A DNA stretch of 64,000 nucleotides, taken from an uncultured Anaerolineaceae bacterium. GTDB taxonomy: Bacteria > Chloroflexota > Limnocylindria > Limnocylindrales > CSP1-4. The DNA lies in contig CAYYVV010000005.1 in NCBI GenBank assembly GCA_964475245.1, forward strand, positions 19,620 to 83,619, read 5' to 3'. The notes beneath the pieces were generated by a model, which was not told the DNA's origin, did not search any database, and worked only from the letters and a program-made list of their open reading frames with translations. The position numbers and the translations under genes were made by a program. Shown here piece after piece: positions 63,607-64,000 of this stretch; positions within the stretch are counted from its first letter, which is position 1, and each line of letters begins with the position of its first letter.

Positions 63607-64000
63607 CTCAAGCCAAATCCACGACCACCAAGTCAGGCCGAAGGTCTCTGTCTCGAGCCCGCAGATCTTGGCGACGACCGCCAAGGTCCACGTCAGCTGG
63701 CCGGCGGCAACGGACGCGTCCGGCATCGACAGTTACCAGCTCCAGAAGAAGAAGGGTACTGGTGCCTGGGCGACCGTCACCCTGTCGTCGCCGACCGCGA
63801 CTTTGGCCGACGTCACGGTCACGACCGGCACCAAGTACCAGTTCCGACTGCGCGCCACGGACACCTCGGCCAAGCACAACACCAGCGCCTGGGTTACGAC
63901 TACCGCCTCCAAGCTGGCGCTCGTCCAGGAGAATGCGACGACGTTCAGGTATTCGGGCACCTGGAAGAGCACTGCGCTCGCGGGCAGCTCGGGTGGCTAC
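63584..64000 (+). CDS. Fibronectin type III domain ORF, 3'-truncated by the window edge, with no canonical start near its 5' end
   Basis: The frame opens after the TAG at 63581 and runs to base 64000 without a stop: …PKVSVSSPQILATTAKVHVSWPAATDASGIDSYQLQKKKGTGAWATVTLSSPTATLADVTVTTGTKYQFRLRATDTSAKHNTSAWV…FRYSGTWKSTALAGSSGGY. The only candidate start is the TTG at 63668, which lies inside the domain. The frame is +1 relative to 61141..63606. Confidence 0.5.

Overview
This is a high-G+C bacterial chromosomal window that is almost fully coding. The style (aa3 oxidase cluster, ECF sigma factor, many Pro/Thr linkers) looks Chloroflexota- or Actinomycetota-like, but that is inference only. From left to right it contains: (1) a GT-C/GT2-GtrA glycosylation pair and tRNA-Gly(CCC); (2) a 2115-aa secreted metzincin with seven C-terminal Ig-like repeats; (3) an OmpR-type two-component system with a small Gly/aromatic-rich membrane partner; (4) an orphan cytochrome b, then lipB, a GalT-like HIT enzyme and an ECF sigma/anti-sigma pair; (5) a pyrimidine operon (pyrR-pyrB ... 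pyrK-pyrD-pyrE) split by about 3.7 kb of unrelated genes; (6) a heme-A/aa3 cytochrome oxidase cluster (Trx-like lipoprotein, ctaA-ctaB fusion, ctaG, coxB-ctaD-ctaE) carrying two amicyanin-like cupredoxin fusions; (7) a MacAB-like efflux operon and initiator tRNA-fMet; (8) an S9 peptidase, ribokinase and a methyltransferase; (9) a lower-GC patch with a PepSY-like lipoprotein and a paralogous remnant; (10) an NPV/NPV aquaporin next to an ArsB/NhaD-type permease; (11) an AhpD-like protein, a PAS-GGDEF protein and a PadR-MFS pair; (12) an RHH-Fic module. At about 59.24 kb there is a 3'-half copy of a tRNA-Lys(UUU). It is followed to the window end by lower-GC DNA with atypical codon usage. That DNA encodes a 420-aa protein with a C-terminal PD-(D/E)xK nuclease motif, an 821-aa Thr/Gly/Asp-rich protein with degenerate YD-like repeats, and an FN3 ORF in the +1 frame with no canonical start. 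I consider this right-hand segment (candidate integrated island, integrase not in the window) and the insert inside the pyr operon the best places to look for an undescribed system. No CRISPR array, rRNA, transposase or integrase was seen. All calls rest on reading the translated ORFs and the DNA by eye; no database search was run.
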